Shown here piece after piece: positions 37,523-49,774 of a stretch of 64,000 bases of DNA (the first letter of the stretch is position 1; the number at the start of each line of letters is the position of its first letter). The notes under the pieces were generated by a model. That model ran no database searches and had not been told where the DNA came from. It saw only the letters and a list, made by a program, of their open reading frames with translations. The stretch comes from Podarcis cretensis (Eukaryota), in contig OX638150.1 of NCBI GenBank assembly GCA_951804945.1, positions 63,178,001-63,242,000 of the forward strand. Reading direction: 5' to 3'. Made by a program: the position numbers and the translations under genes.

Positions 37523-38094
37523 TGTGATGGCCTGGGAATCCGATTCAGAGGCTGAACCGGAGGAATCCCAGCCTGCACAGGAGTCCCCACCTCCAGGGCC
37601 GGCTGAACTGGGGCAGGGCCTTGATTCTGAAGCGCCTGCACCTGTGCCGGATCCTCAGGAGCAGGAACCAGGTGAATCCACTCTGGCTCCGGAGGTGGTT
37701 GAGGACTCAGTGCCTACAGGTGAGTCTCCCCCTGGGCCCAGTAACCCTTCAGCTTCTCCTGAACTGCAGAGGCTCAGGGCAGAGAGGCGAAGGGAACTGG
37801 TTTCTCCCAGGAGGAGTGCTCGCCTTAAGGCCAGGAGAGGTGGGTCTCCTGGGGGCCGGGACCGCCCCTGGCCTCAGAGAAGATAAAGGCCAGTCAGCCT
37901 GGTCCCAGGTTGTGGGAGCAACGTCGTTGATGAGCTGTTTCGGCCAGCATCCAGTCCTGTTTCCCCCAGAGTTCCTGTCCTTGCCCGGCTTCCCTCTGTG
38001 GACCCCGCTTAGCCCGAGGAGGACTGTCTGCCGACCCTCAACTCAGGTCCTGGACCTCGCCCCACGGTAACCTCCCCCCCCCCGGACCAGCACA
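37523..38094 (+). mobile_element. Solo LTR (Gypsy-like), 572 bp, in CDX1 intron 1
   Basis: TGTGATGG...CCAGCACA inverted termini, perfect 5-bp TSD CCCTC (37518-37522, 38095-38099), and TATA-like GATAAA at ~37882. Confidence 0.85.
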
Positions 38095-38159
38095 CCCTCC
38101 CATACTGCTCACTTGACTGTCTGGATTAGTATGTAAATAAAATGCTGTAATAACTATTG

Positions 38160-38415
38160 AGAGCCAGTGTGGTGTAGTGGTTAAGAGCGGTAGACTCGTA
38201 ATCTGGTGAACTGGGTTCGCTTCCTCGCTCCTCCACATGCAGCTGCTGGGTGACCTTGGGCTAGTCACATTTCTCTGAAGTCTCTCAGTCTCACTCACCT
38301 CACAGAGTGTTTGTTGTGGGAGAGGAAGGGAAAGGATATTGTTAGCTGCTTTGAGACTCCTTAAGGGGAGTGAAAGGCAGGATATCAAGTCCAAACTCCT
38401 CCTCTTCCTCTTCCG
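38160..38415 (+). mobile_element. tRNA-derived SINE with L2-type tail
   Basis: Box A tggtgtagtgg, box B ggttcgcttcc, core gctgggtgaccttgggctagtcac, and (CTC/CTT)n tail. Confidence 0.8.
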
Positions 38416-40418
38416 AACTGAAGTCAATGCTTCCTATTTAGAACAGAATTTGGCCTACTTTTGCTAATATACTTCAGCAGCGCCAGGGCCAAAATCTGGT
38501 GCTCGACATTTGGTGAGCAGCTGGAGATAAGCAATTGCAATTGCCAGGCAGAATTCTCACCGACAACTGATGTTGATCCCAGGCATTAAAATTAATGAGC
38601 AAATGCTCTGGATTTCTCACCCGCTGGGTGCTGGTTTCAATGCCAATCTTATTGGCAAAAGTTAAGGAAAAGACAGCTAACAGACATCTGCTCTTCTCTG
38701 GACTGGTTCCTGTTCAGTGGACTGAGATTCCTATTCAAAAGGATGTTGATATCTTAAATGGTCCTGCCTGATGTTTTGGACAGAATTTATTTATTTGCTG
38801 TTGAGAGTCAAATGGTCATACGGTACTCATGCACTGTGTCACCATAGAGCCCACAAACCCCATAGTTCCCTCGTGGGGCTTCCAAGCCTCTGGAATAATG
38901 CAGAGGTGTAGAAAGTTAATTGTGAGGACAGTTGCAAGATTACACAGCCTCATTTCCATTTTTGTTCCCTACTCCACTGTGCACAAGAGCTCCAATGTAC
39001 ATGACTCATAATTAGTCTGCAGGGGTCCAAGCTGGATAGCTGATGTGAATGTCAGGCTGCCCACAGAGAACTCTGCTCAGTTAATTTCTGGTGGATTTAA
39101 ATTAAATTCATCTTGAATGCTAACAAATTGAACAGGGTGCTTGAGAGACCCTGCAATGGTTAATTAAATATATGAATTGTTTCTATTCTTGAAATTACTG
39201 CCTCTTCTTTTAGCAGTGAATGTTGATCCTTATGCAACCTACCTGGCACCATCCATGCACAAAAGGGGAAGTACCAGCAGATCTACCGAAATAAATAAGA
39301 AAGGGGGGGGGGACCCTAAGAGGGTGGGAACCGTAAAGCAGCCCAGTGAGAGCAAAATATGCACAGTGGCCACAACAATTGCTGACTGACAGCTGCAGCA
39401 GAGAGATGGAGGAAAGCAGAAAAATGAGTGAGAGGGAGAATTGGATGGAATATCGTGGATGAGAACAATGGCTGGACTGGAACCCTAAACAGGAGCACTG
39501 CACATGGCTACGTTTTGTTACCAGTTCCACATGTACAGCTGTTTTATTACTCACAAGGGTTTCTAGATGGCAACAACACAAAACACACACAGGGTGGCAC
39601 ACACCTTTTGTGTTGTCTTAAATTATGTACAAGCTAGCCTGATTTGTGCAAATTCCACAATATGTAATCCCCTCTCAGGGGTTTGCCCTCTGTTTGCATT
39701 TGTCTCTTGGGGAATGGACACTTGCTGCCATTACGGGGAAGGAAAGGATGTGTACGATGTGGAAATGTCTCTTAGCGCACTCCTTATAGACAGAGGTTTC
39801 TTTGTAAAAGTGAATTGGGGCACAGAAACAACATGACTTCCGATGCCAATGGCAATTGCTAGGTCACACCTCAACTACGTGAACATCAAGTAAGAGCAAA
39901 ACAGGGCACATCAAGGGAGCGACTGCAGCTGCTAAGAACGTGCTGCTGTTAAATGGGAAGCCTGAATACCTCTGAAGAATGGAACACTGGAATGAAGAAA
40001 TGTCAACACTGGCAATCAGAGAAAGCTGCGTGGTGTACCACTGAAGAACTGGAACTGATATGTATCTTAATACTTGGCCAAAGTACAAAAAAGCATACAT
40101 TTAAGAATACACTTCCTGTAACTTTAAGAAAAATCTATAGCTAGAAGTTTTAAAAGGCACAACATGAAATACGAATTTTAACTCAGAGAAACATTCCACC
40201 TCCACTACCGCTCCTGCCATTCTCCACCAGCTTACCACTTTGCCATTCCCCGCCTCTCCTGTCCTCTTCCTCCTTTTCCCATTGCTGCTTTCTTCAATGT
40301 TGTTGTTTCAATTAAATTAATGTACTTCCCTTCATCAGATGACCACAAGACGGTTATGGCAATACATTTTCCACATCCCTTCTGCTAATTCAGTGTCTTA
40401 CTGTTTGCTGTTTATTAG

Positions 40419-40564
40419 GGAAGACCAGAACGAAAGACAAGTATCGTGTTGTCTACACAGACCACCAGCGCTTGGAACTAGAGAAGGAATTCCACTACAG
40501 CCACTACATCACCATCCGGCGGAAAGCAGAACTGGCAGCGACGCTGGGACTCACCGAGCGGCAG
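40419..40564 (+). CDS. CDX1: CDX1 coding exon 2 (homeodomain N-terminal part, 146 bp)
   Basis: Acceptor tttattAG at 40417-40418. Reads (G)[48 protein letters not shown]. Donor CAG|GTTGGT. Phase joins exon 1 correctly. Confidence 0.97.
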
Positions 40565-41917
40565 GTTGGTACAGAAGGGTCTTGCACAGGAGTGGGGGGT
40601 CCTGTTGGACTCCCCACTAACTCCAATCAGCCCCAGCTAGCATAGCCAATGTTCAGCAGTGGCGGGAATTGGGAATCCGGCAACAACTGGAGGGCCACAA
40701 GTTCCTCGCCCCTCATGTAGCAGGATCACAAACCATCACAAAATGTAAAGCATTACAGTGAGCATCTCAGGCACAGATGCCAGTGCAAATGTTGAGGACA
40801 AAGACTGCAATCTTATACACACTTACCTCGAAATTGACCCCACTGAATACAGTGGCTTACGTTTGTGTAAATACGTATAGGATCAGGCTGTGAATGTGCT
40901 TCATGGTTGGTTATCCTCTGTCTTGCTTGGCAGATATCAAATGTAGGCTAGATACCTACATAACTGTTTTTTAGTTAGGTGGTCCAGGTTGGCGGGTAGT
41001 GATGGGCCAAGGAAAACGTGGTCAGATGATGAGCCCTTTATAGCATTGGCATCATTCACCTGCCTCAGTGTAGGTCCCACTTTCCTCCTCACTGTTTGAC
41101 TATGACTGAATAGTTCTCAGCAAGAAACCTTAATGCTCAGCTATTACTATGTGGAACATTAAAATGACACAGAAGATTGGAAGTCCCCAGAAAGGTATCT
41201 GATTGCAGACTATTAGGGGCATTAGAAAACAGCAAAAACATCCTAAATGAATTCTTACCGTTATGTATCCATTTTGCCTCTGCTCTGAATCATGCCATGC
41301 TCTTCCTCCTCTCAATTCCTTTTCATCTCTGCCTTTCCTTGGCCACTATATATTCTTTTACTTTGCCTGTCCCCTCATTTGTCTTCTTTCTGTAACTTGA
41401 ACCATCTCATAACTACAGTACATACACACATCATTTTATTTGTATGCCACTTTCCATATTTCAAACCATGCTCAAGGCAGCTGACACCACGAAAGAAATC
41501 ACGTAATTACAAACATAACAAAACTAGTCATAAGCAATAAATAAAACACCAAAAAAGTCACAACCAAACTGAACAATTTCAACATAAGTCATAATGCATT
41601 TAAAAATATAGTATCAATAACACTAATACTAATAACACTAATACTAATAAAGATTTGTATCAATAACAGCACACACACCTGAACAAAACCCCCTATGCAC
41701 AGCCCAAGAGTCTTTTCAGAAGCCTCAACTTTTGTAGATGGAGTCAGTCAGGGCTCCGCTGTCCCACGCCAGGTGAAAAAGGCTGACAAGACAGGTCTTC
41801 CTGGACTCACAGTGAAGATGGTCTTGTCCTGGGCATCCATCTCAATCCTCTTTCTCTCCCATCTTCCTCCTTTATATTCTGTATGGCCTTTACCGCCTTC
41901 TGCGTTTGTCTCTGCAG

Positions 41918-42121
41918 GTGAAAATCTGGTTCCAGAACCGCAGAGCAAAGGAAAGGAAGGTGAACAAGAAGAAGATGCAGCAGCAGACCCAGCCTGCCAG
42001 CACAACCACACCGACTCCTCCAGCAGTTGGCACCCCTGGTCCCATTGGAGGCATCTGCAGCAGCACTACCAACCTGGTTTCCTCATCACCAATGACTATC
42101 AAGGAAGAATTTATGCCTTAA
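41918..42121 (+). CDS. CDX1: CDX1 coding exon 3 (recognition helix and C-terminus, stop TAA)
   Basis: Acceptor tctctgcAG. Reads [19 protein letters not shown]...[12 protein letters not shown]. The C-terminal KEEFxP and downstream SLC6A7 identify CDX1 rather than CDX2 or CDX4. Confidence 0.96.
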   Translation: MKIWFQNRRAKERKVNKKKMQQQTQPASTTTPTPPAVGTPGPIGGICSSTTNLVSSSPMTIKEEFMP

Positions 42122-42166
42122 ACCCAGCCCTTCCAGTTGAACTGCATATAAACCAAAACAGCAATA

Positions 42167-42407
42167 CAGTGGTACCTCTAGTTAAGAACTTGATTCGTTC
42201 TGGAGGTCCGTTCTTAACCTGAAGCTGTTCTTAACCTGAGGTACCACTTTAGCTAATGGGACCTCCAGCCGCCACCGCACTGCCAGAGCATGATTTCTGT
42301 TCTCATCCTGAAGCAAAGTTCTTAACCTGAAGTACTATTTCTGGGTTAGCGGAGTCTGTAACTGAAGCGTCTGTAACCTGAAGCATCTGTAACCCAAGGT
42401 ACCACTC
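42167..42407. mobile_element. Tigger-like MITE in the CDX1 3-prime UTR
   Basis: TA-CAGTGGTACCT ... AGGTACCACTC-TA. Confidence 0.8.
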
Positions 42408-43375
42408 TATACGGATTAACCACAAGAATCGGCACTAGCTGGCATACTCTCGAAACTTACACAGAGGCAATGCTATCACTGCTGAACCAATGAAGCCATT
42501 TCCTCTTTGACCCACTGGGTTATTTTCTATGATACCACTGCAGGGGAGAATCATGGACTTATTCCTAGGAATAGAAGCAATAGGCTCCTTATCTTTTCTG
42601 TACTTTTCTTTGGGAATGACTTGCTCCTGTTGCAAAATATTTAAAGAGAAAAGAAAATGCAAGCATGGATGCTTTGGGGTTGGGGGGAAGAAACGGACAA
42701 CCAGGGTACTTAGGAAGTGTTTCAGGAGCATTTGCCAGTATCTGGCATCTGACCACAACCAGGCCTTGATATCTTGGCCAGAAGGACTGAGCTTGTCAGG
42801 TCAACTATCCAAAGCCAACTCCAAGCCATCACAGAAGCCCATCCACACTAGGCAATGGAGGTCAGGAGGCCAGTGCCACACACCTGAGTTACAGTTGATA
42901 TTTGTAGCACTAGGAGCAAAAGTCATTTAAAAAGCAAATAAATAGGGGCCAAGTATGCAAGAGCAAAACAAAAAAATTGAGATTAAATGCTGACACATAC
43001 AAAACAATGAAAGAACCTTAAATGAGGTAATAAGGTATAAGGGAAAGGAAGCAAAGGGTTGGCTTCTGCACAGCACTGTCTCTTACTACATCAAAGATTG
43101 AATGCAAAAATGTCCTTTGGTTGAGTTTTTTGTTTTTTGTTTTTAAGTTTTATGTGCCTGCACAGAGTTGTATATTTTGTCCAGTGCTGGGCCCTGGTTC
43201 AGTTCCTGGTAGGTGGAGTGGCAGAATTCAAGACAACAGCCTAGCAGCTTTCTGACTCAGGTTTGTCCAGTTTCCTCCTACCACTTCCTTACATGATGTT
43301 TGAGATGTTGAGGAACATATCTTTGAATGGATTGCCAGGGCTTTGTATTGGTTGTTGCCTGCTGATTTGGCTATA

Positions 43376-43600
43376 CAGCCATACCTTGGATCTCAAACGC
43401 CTTGGCTCCCGAACGATCAAAGCCTGGAAGTGAGTGTTCCTGTTTTCGAATGATTTTCGGAAGCTGGACATCTGGTGCGGCTTCCACTTGGCTGCAGGAC
43501 CATCCTGCAGCCAATCAATAGCTGTGCTTTGGTATCCAAACGTTTTGGAAGTTGAACGGGCTTCTGGAATGGATTCTGTTTGACTTCTAAGGTACAACTG
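43376..43600. mobile_element. Tigger-like MITE
   Basis: TA-CAGCCATACCTTGGA ... TCTAAGGTACAACTG-TA. Confidence 0.7.
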
Positions 43601-43684
43601 TACTTTCCTTCTTGCTTTTATATATGCCAATATTTGAATGACTTGCACATTGAGATGAGTAATGGCCGTTACACTTCCCCCTGA

Positions 43685-44040
43685 AGGTGGGGAACCTTTA
43701 ATTACGGTATCAGCCTGAGGCCTGCATTACTTTCTGGACAACCTTCCAGGGGCCACATGGCTGTAGTGGGCAGGGACAGAAGCAAAAGTGGGTGGAGCAA
43801 CACATGCAAATTTTACCTTTATACAGTAGGCTAGTTTCTACACTTATACACACACATCCCTCTAGCCTCCATCCCGGCAAGCAAAAGACATTATCAGAGT
43901 TCAGGGACAGATTTCAGTCAGTCAAAAGCACTCAAGGAGGGTGTGAAGCAGGGGAGAGGGTGTGGTGGTGGGGAAGTCTCAAGGGGCAGATATGAGAGAC
44001 TTGGAGGGTGGAATTTTGCACCTGAGGTTTCCACCCCTGC
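43685..44040. mobile_element. hAT-like MITE
   Basis: aggtggggaacct ... aggtttccacccctg inverted ends. Confidence 0.5.
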
Positions 44041-44588
44041 CCTGGGGAGATGGAAAACCTAAGCACAGCCCACAATTACTTTAACTTAATGTACCAGTTC
44101 CTTGTTTCCACATGTAAAGCACTGAGGCAGAAATAGAGAGTAAAATGATTAATCAGTGAAAAATGGACTCGCTTGTAACCAGACTTTGGAGCATGCAAAA
44201 CTTGTTGATTTGGTGTACCAATATGACTTGCTGCAAAGCTTCATGAGCTTATTCCTGATCTTCATTCAAACTGTATTACTTGGAAGTAAAATGAATCTTC
44301 TAATCCTGGAAGACCAATGGAAGTTTGGAGAAGTGGCGATAAAGCTGATGTCTCCCCGATGAAGGTTAACAGTTGGCTGAATCAGACCTACTTTCATTCA
44401 TTCGTTCTCCACCTTTGATGTATATTAGGCTTTGAACGCTTAGTTCTCTCCTCCTGAGTATTCCCTCTTGACACCAGTGCCTTCTGAGCTTGGTGTCAAA
44501 ACCACTGATGTTTATATTTCTTCATAATGGCTACTCAGGCTGGTGATATTTTTTGTATTTAAGGTACATTTTTTAAAGCCTCTTTAAA

Positions 44589-44594
44589 AATAAA
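44589..44594 (+). terminator. CDX1: Probable distal polyadenylation signal of CDX1
   Basis: AATAAA preceded by TGTA/U-rich sequence and followed by a U/GU-rich tract. An alternative proximal AATAAA lies at 42937-42942. Confidence 0.45.
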
Positions 44595-45264
44595 AAATAC
44601 ATTTTATGTATTTGTTATTCTATCCTTTGTACACTGTGGTGAGATTTGTGAATTCCTCAGTTTGAAATTGGGGCAGCAAATGGCCTATAAAAAAGTTTGG
44701 CATTGAAAATAACGTATGTGATCTATTGGTGTTGAGAAGTGGGAGTTAGGACAAGTTGTTGTACAGTAGCAAACATGGGTCTGAACCAGCTTTCATTGTT
44801 CAAACATACATTTTTAACAGGCGACAATCACACTGCACACACAGCACTGAATGTGTGCTATGATCTTCTAGGTTGCCATGTGAATTGGGAATCCAAATAT
44901 CTCCCAACAACATGACTCCTCCATTCTACTTTTTTTGGCCACTGCACTTTGGTTGATTGTGATGGGTGGTCTTAGTCAAAGTGACCAGTGACATTGTGGA
45001 TGAGGAATTTTGTGATGCTCTTGTAGTAGTCTTCCCTGCTAAAGTTGCTATCTTCCAGATACTCATGCTGATGGAACTGCCATTGTGCTAACATTCTGAG
45101 CCATTGTTTTAGGACAGCCTAGGTTTTTTATATAGAAAAAAAATCTCTTATTAGCTGCTTCCAGTCCTCATCATATTGTTCCCTGACTACTGCTAGACTG
45201 CATCAGGCTTGACAAGGCCATTCTTGTCCAGGTTTATCTCCCTCACCACTAACATTCTTGCAGA

Positions 45265-46065
45265 TAGTCGCTCAGATTCAGAAAGAGGGAGACCCCACCG
45301 TGGTAGCAAGACCAGGGTGGGAGAGTGCTAGAGCCCTGTCGAGTCAAGCTGCATGGGATCAATTCCAGTCTGTTACCTCCGGGGATGTGGACTGGCTGCT
45401 TAGACAAGTGAAACTGACCACCTGTCTCCTTGATCCTTGCCCATCCTGGCTCATAAAAGCGAGCCAGGAAGGGCTGGGTGATGGGCTTTGTGGGGTGGTA
45501 AATGATTCCCTCTGTGAGGGAACTACTGCATTGGGCTCTACATGGGGCAACATTTGAAGGTGACTTGGAAACTACAACTAATCCAGAATGTGGCAGAATG
45601 TGGTGACTGGGAGCGGCTGCCGAGATCATATAACACCAGTCTTGAAAGACCTACACTGGCTCCCGGTACGCTTCCGAGCACAATTCAAAGTGTTGGTGCT
45701 GACCTTTAAAGCCTTAAATGGCCTTGGCCCAGTATACCTGAAGGAGCATCTCCACCCCCATTGCTCAGCCCAGAAACTGAGGTCCTCCTCCAAGGGTCTT
45801 CTGCTGGTTCCCTCACTGTGAGGAGCAAAGTTACAGGGAGCCAAGCAGAGGGCCTTCTTGGTAGTGGTGCCCACCCTGTGGAACATCCTCCTTTCAGATG
45901 TCAAGGAGATAAAGAGCTACACAAATTTTATAAGACATCTGAAGGCAGCCCTGTATCAGGAAGTTTTTAATGCTTGATGTTTTACTGTGTTTTTATATAT
46001 GCTGTAAGCTGCCCAGAGTGGCTGGGGAAACCCAGCCAGATGGGCAGGGTATAAATAATAAAATT
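45265..46065 (+). mobile_element. L2 LINE with internal deletion of the RT core
   Basis: TTCLLDPCPSWLIK (pre-RT linker) is joined near 45520 to the C-terminal HITPVLKDLHWLPVRFRAQFKVLVLTFKALNGLGPVYL, followed by an L2 3-prime tail. Confidence 0.85.
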
Positions 46066-47054
46066 ATTGTTATTGTTATTCTTATTATTACTACCACTAC
46101 TACAATCTGGTGTTCCTTTGTGCAATGGTTCTGTTTTAAAATGTATGCTTCTTATTAATAACCTGATTCATGAGTTTTAAGGTTATTGGTAACCTAACCT
46201 TCCCTGTGTTAAAAGGCTGCAATTCACTGCAAACCATTTCTTATCCCTTTGCAGCCTTAGTCCATTGAGGTGCATTGTGATTAACACAGTTCAGGAATTT
46301 GGCATGTCTTCTTGCTGTTGGTAATATAGTTTTTAATCTGGTGCCTCATGCTATAAGATAGAGCTCACACAACCCTTTCAGGTCTTGAATTTCCTTTCCC
46401 ATTCCAGAATAGGTACGACTTGTACCAGAAGCCAATATGTATCTCTAGATAATATTTTCCCCTTTAACTGGATACCTATTCCATTATGTGCTGTTTGGAT
46501 TGTTTTACTAAACTATTAATTTGAGCTGTGCTGGCACTTTTGGTTTTGAGCGTCTTTGTTTCTCCTGTCCTTGGTCTATAGTACATTTTGTATGATCTGA
46601 AGGACACAAAATATCCTTGGGATTGATGAATAGAGACTGCATCCTCTTCAGGCCCTTTTTTTAGCTGTATGATTCTATAAGAACGTAAAAGAGTCCTGCT
46701 GGCTTAGGAAAGTGGATCATGGAGTCCTATCTCTGGTAAGTAGCTAAGATCCAGCTACAGAAATAATGTAAGAGAGGAAACAGGGCTATTACAGAGTGAT
46801 CATTACGTATTTCCACCTTCCAGCAACGAGGTTCAGGAATATCTTAAGAATTAGCTCCTTGTTCACACTGATAATTTTATCCATCCATGATTTAATTAAA
46901 TTCTCCTTTGAGAATGAATACACTTGCATTGTGCGGAAGGGATCCTGCTGTGCTTGTTTTAAACCTGCTTCCTATGCTAAATTTGGGGATCACAATTCGT
47001 TTTTCGCAGATACGGCGAAGAAAGCTCTCTTCCTTCTCACTTGCACCCAGTGGC

Positions 47055-47057
<3 letters not shown>

Positions 47058-47091
<34 letters not shown>
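47058..47091. repeat. (GT)n microsatellite
   Basis: Read directly from the sequence. Confidence 0.95.
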
Positions 47092-47095
<4 letters not shown>

Positions 47096-47664
47096 CAGAG
47101 GCTAGTTTGCTTTGCATAGAAGCCTGGTAAAGGGAGTTCTTGAGAACTGTTGCAATCTTGACACTGGGGGCAGCTGAGGAAAGCAAGAGAAGGGAAGGGC
47201 TTGCTTCTTCCTAGGGTCAAAGACCAAGGCCAGCAAACCATAAACTATCAGTTGCGCTGGGCTTCTAATCTCAGTTTATGGCTGTCCACAGGCTGACGAG
47301 CCTCCCATCCAAGAACAACAAACACAGAAGGAAGGCATGCAATACTATCGCATCGGGATAGTACAAGGGGCAGCTGGCAAGGGTACATTCGGGACCCAAG
47401 GAAATTGCTTTGAAAACATGAATGGTACACCTTGGCCTCTCACAAGCTTAGTTGTTCTGTTACACACATTCCTTCCACTAGCAGAGCATCAGGACCAATT
47501 TTGCAGGTGGTACTTCTCTCAAATGGTATGTGGAGTCATAGTGTCACTTGAGGGCAGACAAAGAGAAATGGTGGTGAGTTATCCTAGTTTCTGTCAAATT
47601 CAATGTCTTGCTAGTCAATCACATGACAGCAAGATGGCCTTGTGCGCCTCTTATTTTCAGTTTT

Positions 47665-48070
47665 ATTTTTTAATTCAATTTATTATATCCCACCCTTCAC
47701 CAGCTCATGAGCCCCTCAAGTCATCATTAAGCAACCAGGAAAATCAGTGCAAGCAATTAACAATTCAGATACTTACAGTATATAAAATAACAATACGCAA
47801 TGCAACAGCAGACAAATCACTGGTTTACATCTGGCGCATCAGGTACTCTCGTCACAGAAACCTGGTCAAAGATGTGTGCTTTTACCCATCACTGAAAGGT
47901 AAGCAATTAGGGTACTATCCGTACTTTGAGGGGAGGGTATTCTACAATTGAGGTGCCACCACAGTAAAGTCCCTGTCATGTCACCACATCATTAATTTCA
48001 TCCAGTGATGAGGCTATGAGAAATGCCCATCCAGCTGATCTTAATGCACAGGCAGGTTGATATAGGGGGA
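47665..48070 (-). mobile_element. Degenerate L2 3-prime end
   Basis: Reverse-strand L2 tail (tttattatatcccaccc) and gggagggtattctacaattgaggtgccaccacag motif. Confidence 0.55.
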
Positions 48071-48457
48071 AGTACTATAGGGAAAGGTCCCACTGGAAGT
48101 CAAACTGGTAGCATATAGGCAACTGATATTGAATCCCAGTATCTGGGGACTATTCCATAACCTGGGTGGGATTAGATTTGGCAAGCGCCTGCTAGGCTAT
48201 AAAAGGTCTGCAGCATTTTTCAGGCCCTTGTGATGGAGATCAGACAACACATTTCAAAAGATGAAAGTGATAAAGTACATTTACGAGTTGTGTAAAAGGC
48301 ACCAGGTACCGTAAGTGAGGACCACTTTTTTAAAAAATTCTCGCATATACGGTATACAGAACTCCCTTTGCACCTTTTGGGCTGCATCTATAGGTTTCCC
48401 CCTCTGTGTCAAATAACTGGGGCCAAATACAGTAAGTGTATTTTAATTTTTATAGTA

Positions 48458-48675
48458 CAGTGGAACCTCGGGTTGCGAATGTGATCCACGCGGGAGGCAC
48501 GTTTGCAACCCACAGCGCCGCGTCTGCACATGCGTGGGCCGCAATTCAGCACAATTTAGTGCTTCTGCGCATGCGCCAAAACCCAGATATAACCCGTTCT
48601 GGTACTTCTGGGTTCGGCCCGGTGCGCAACCCGAAAACACATAACCTGAAGCATCTGTAACCCAAGGTACCACTG
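48458..48675. mobile_element. Tigger-like MITE
   Basis: TA-CAGTGGAACCTCGGGTT ... AACCCAAGGTACCACTG-TA. Confidence 0.8.
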
Positions 48676-49774
48676 TACATGGAAGATGGATCTCCAAGGA
48701 AGGTTCTGGACTCTCCTTCCTTGGAGATTTCTAAGCAGAAGTTGGATGGCCATCTGTCATGGATGCTTTAGCTAAGTTTCCTACATTGCAGGGGGTTGAA
48801 CTAGAAAGATGACTCAGCTCTATGATTCTGTTTTTCTGCTTCAACAATATTATGTTCCTATCATTTTATGCAATTATGTTTTGTATAAATTATTTTTTAA
48901 AAACCATGTTCTATTTACAAACAAAACATTTAAATAGCTACCTTTCTACCGGTATGATGGGGGGGGGGCATGGGCATAGCCAAGATTTTTGTTGGGGGCA
49001 GGCTTTTTTGGGGGGGGACAGAACCTCAGATTTGTATTGATTTTTACTTATTTGGGGGGCAGCTGCCCCCCTGGCTATACTCATGGGGGAGTCACAGGAA
49101 GGAAACAAGGTCGGGAGGGGGCCACGATAGGAAAAAGGTTGGGAAACACTGGTCTAGGTGACAAGTATATCAGCAATCTCTACAAGCGAGGGGCTATCTC
49201 TAAGAAACAATGTCTTCAAAGGCTATATGACTTTGGTCAGCAACTAATTTTTAACAGCAGAAGTCATATTTTGAACCGAACAAACATTTAGAGACTCAGC
49301 CGCATTGGGTCACATAAGCTGAACCCCAAGGAATTACCTCTCCCAAATTCCATCTCAATGCCAACAGCACTTCCTTTTAGCATTACAGCTGCTCACCATC
49401 ATTCTGCATATGTGGAGCTTGCTCACAGAGCTTTGTTGCTGTTCCTGCCGCAGATGAAGGGGTGAAGGAATCTTTGCCTGCATCTTAGTATGTGTGAAGT
49501 TTCCATGTATGCTGGTGGTTGAATTTGGCCCCAGAGCTCCAGATACCTGCTGCTTCTTTATAATTTCGCTGTATTTCTGCATCTTTATCCCAGCAAGCTA
49601 GATAAATTAGTAGCTTATTGCAGCATGCCAGGATTCACAGCTTATCATTGCATATGCAAGTGTCAATGCGGGTGAGGAATGCACATGCCCTACTTAGGAG
49701 AAAGAAGTAAAGGTAGGCAGTGTAATCTAGAATGGGACAGAGCTAATAACATTGAAGAGGCAGAAAAGGGGAGA

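Noticed and set aside
47337-47951. 204-aa ORF
   Set aside because: No domain similarity recognised, partly overlaps an antisense L2 tail, and has no supporting gene structure.
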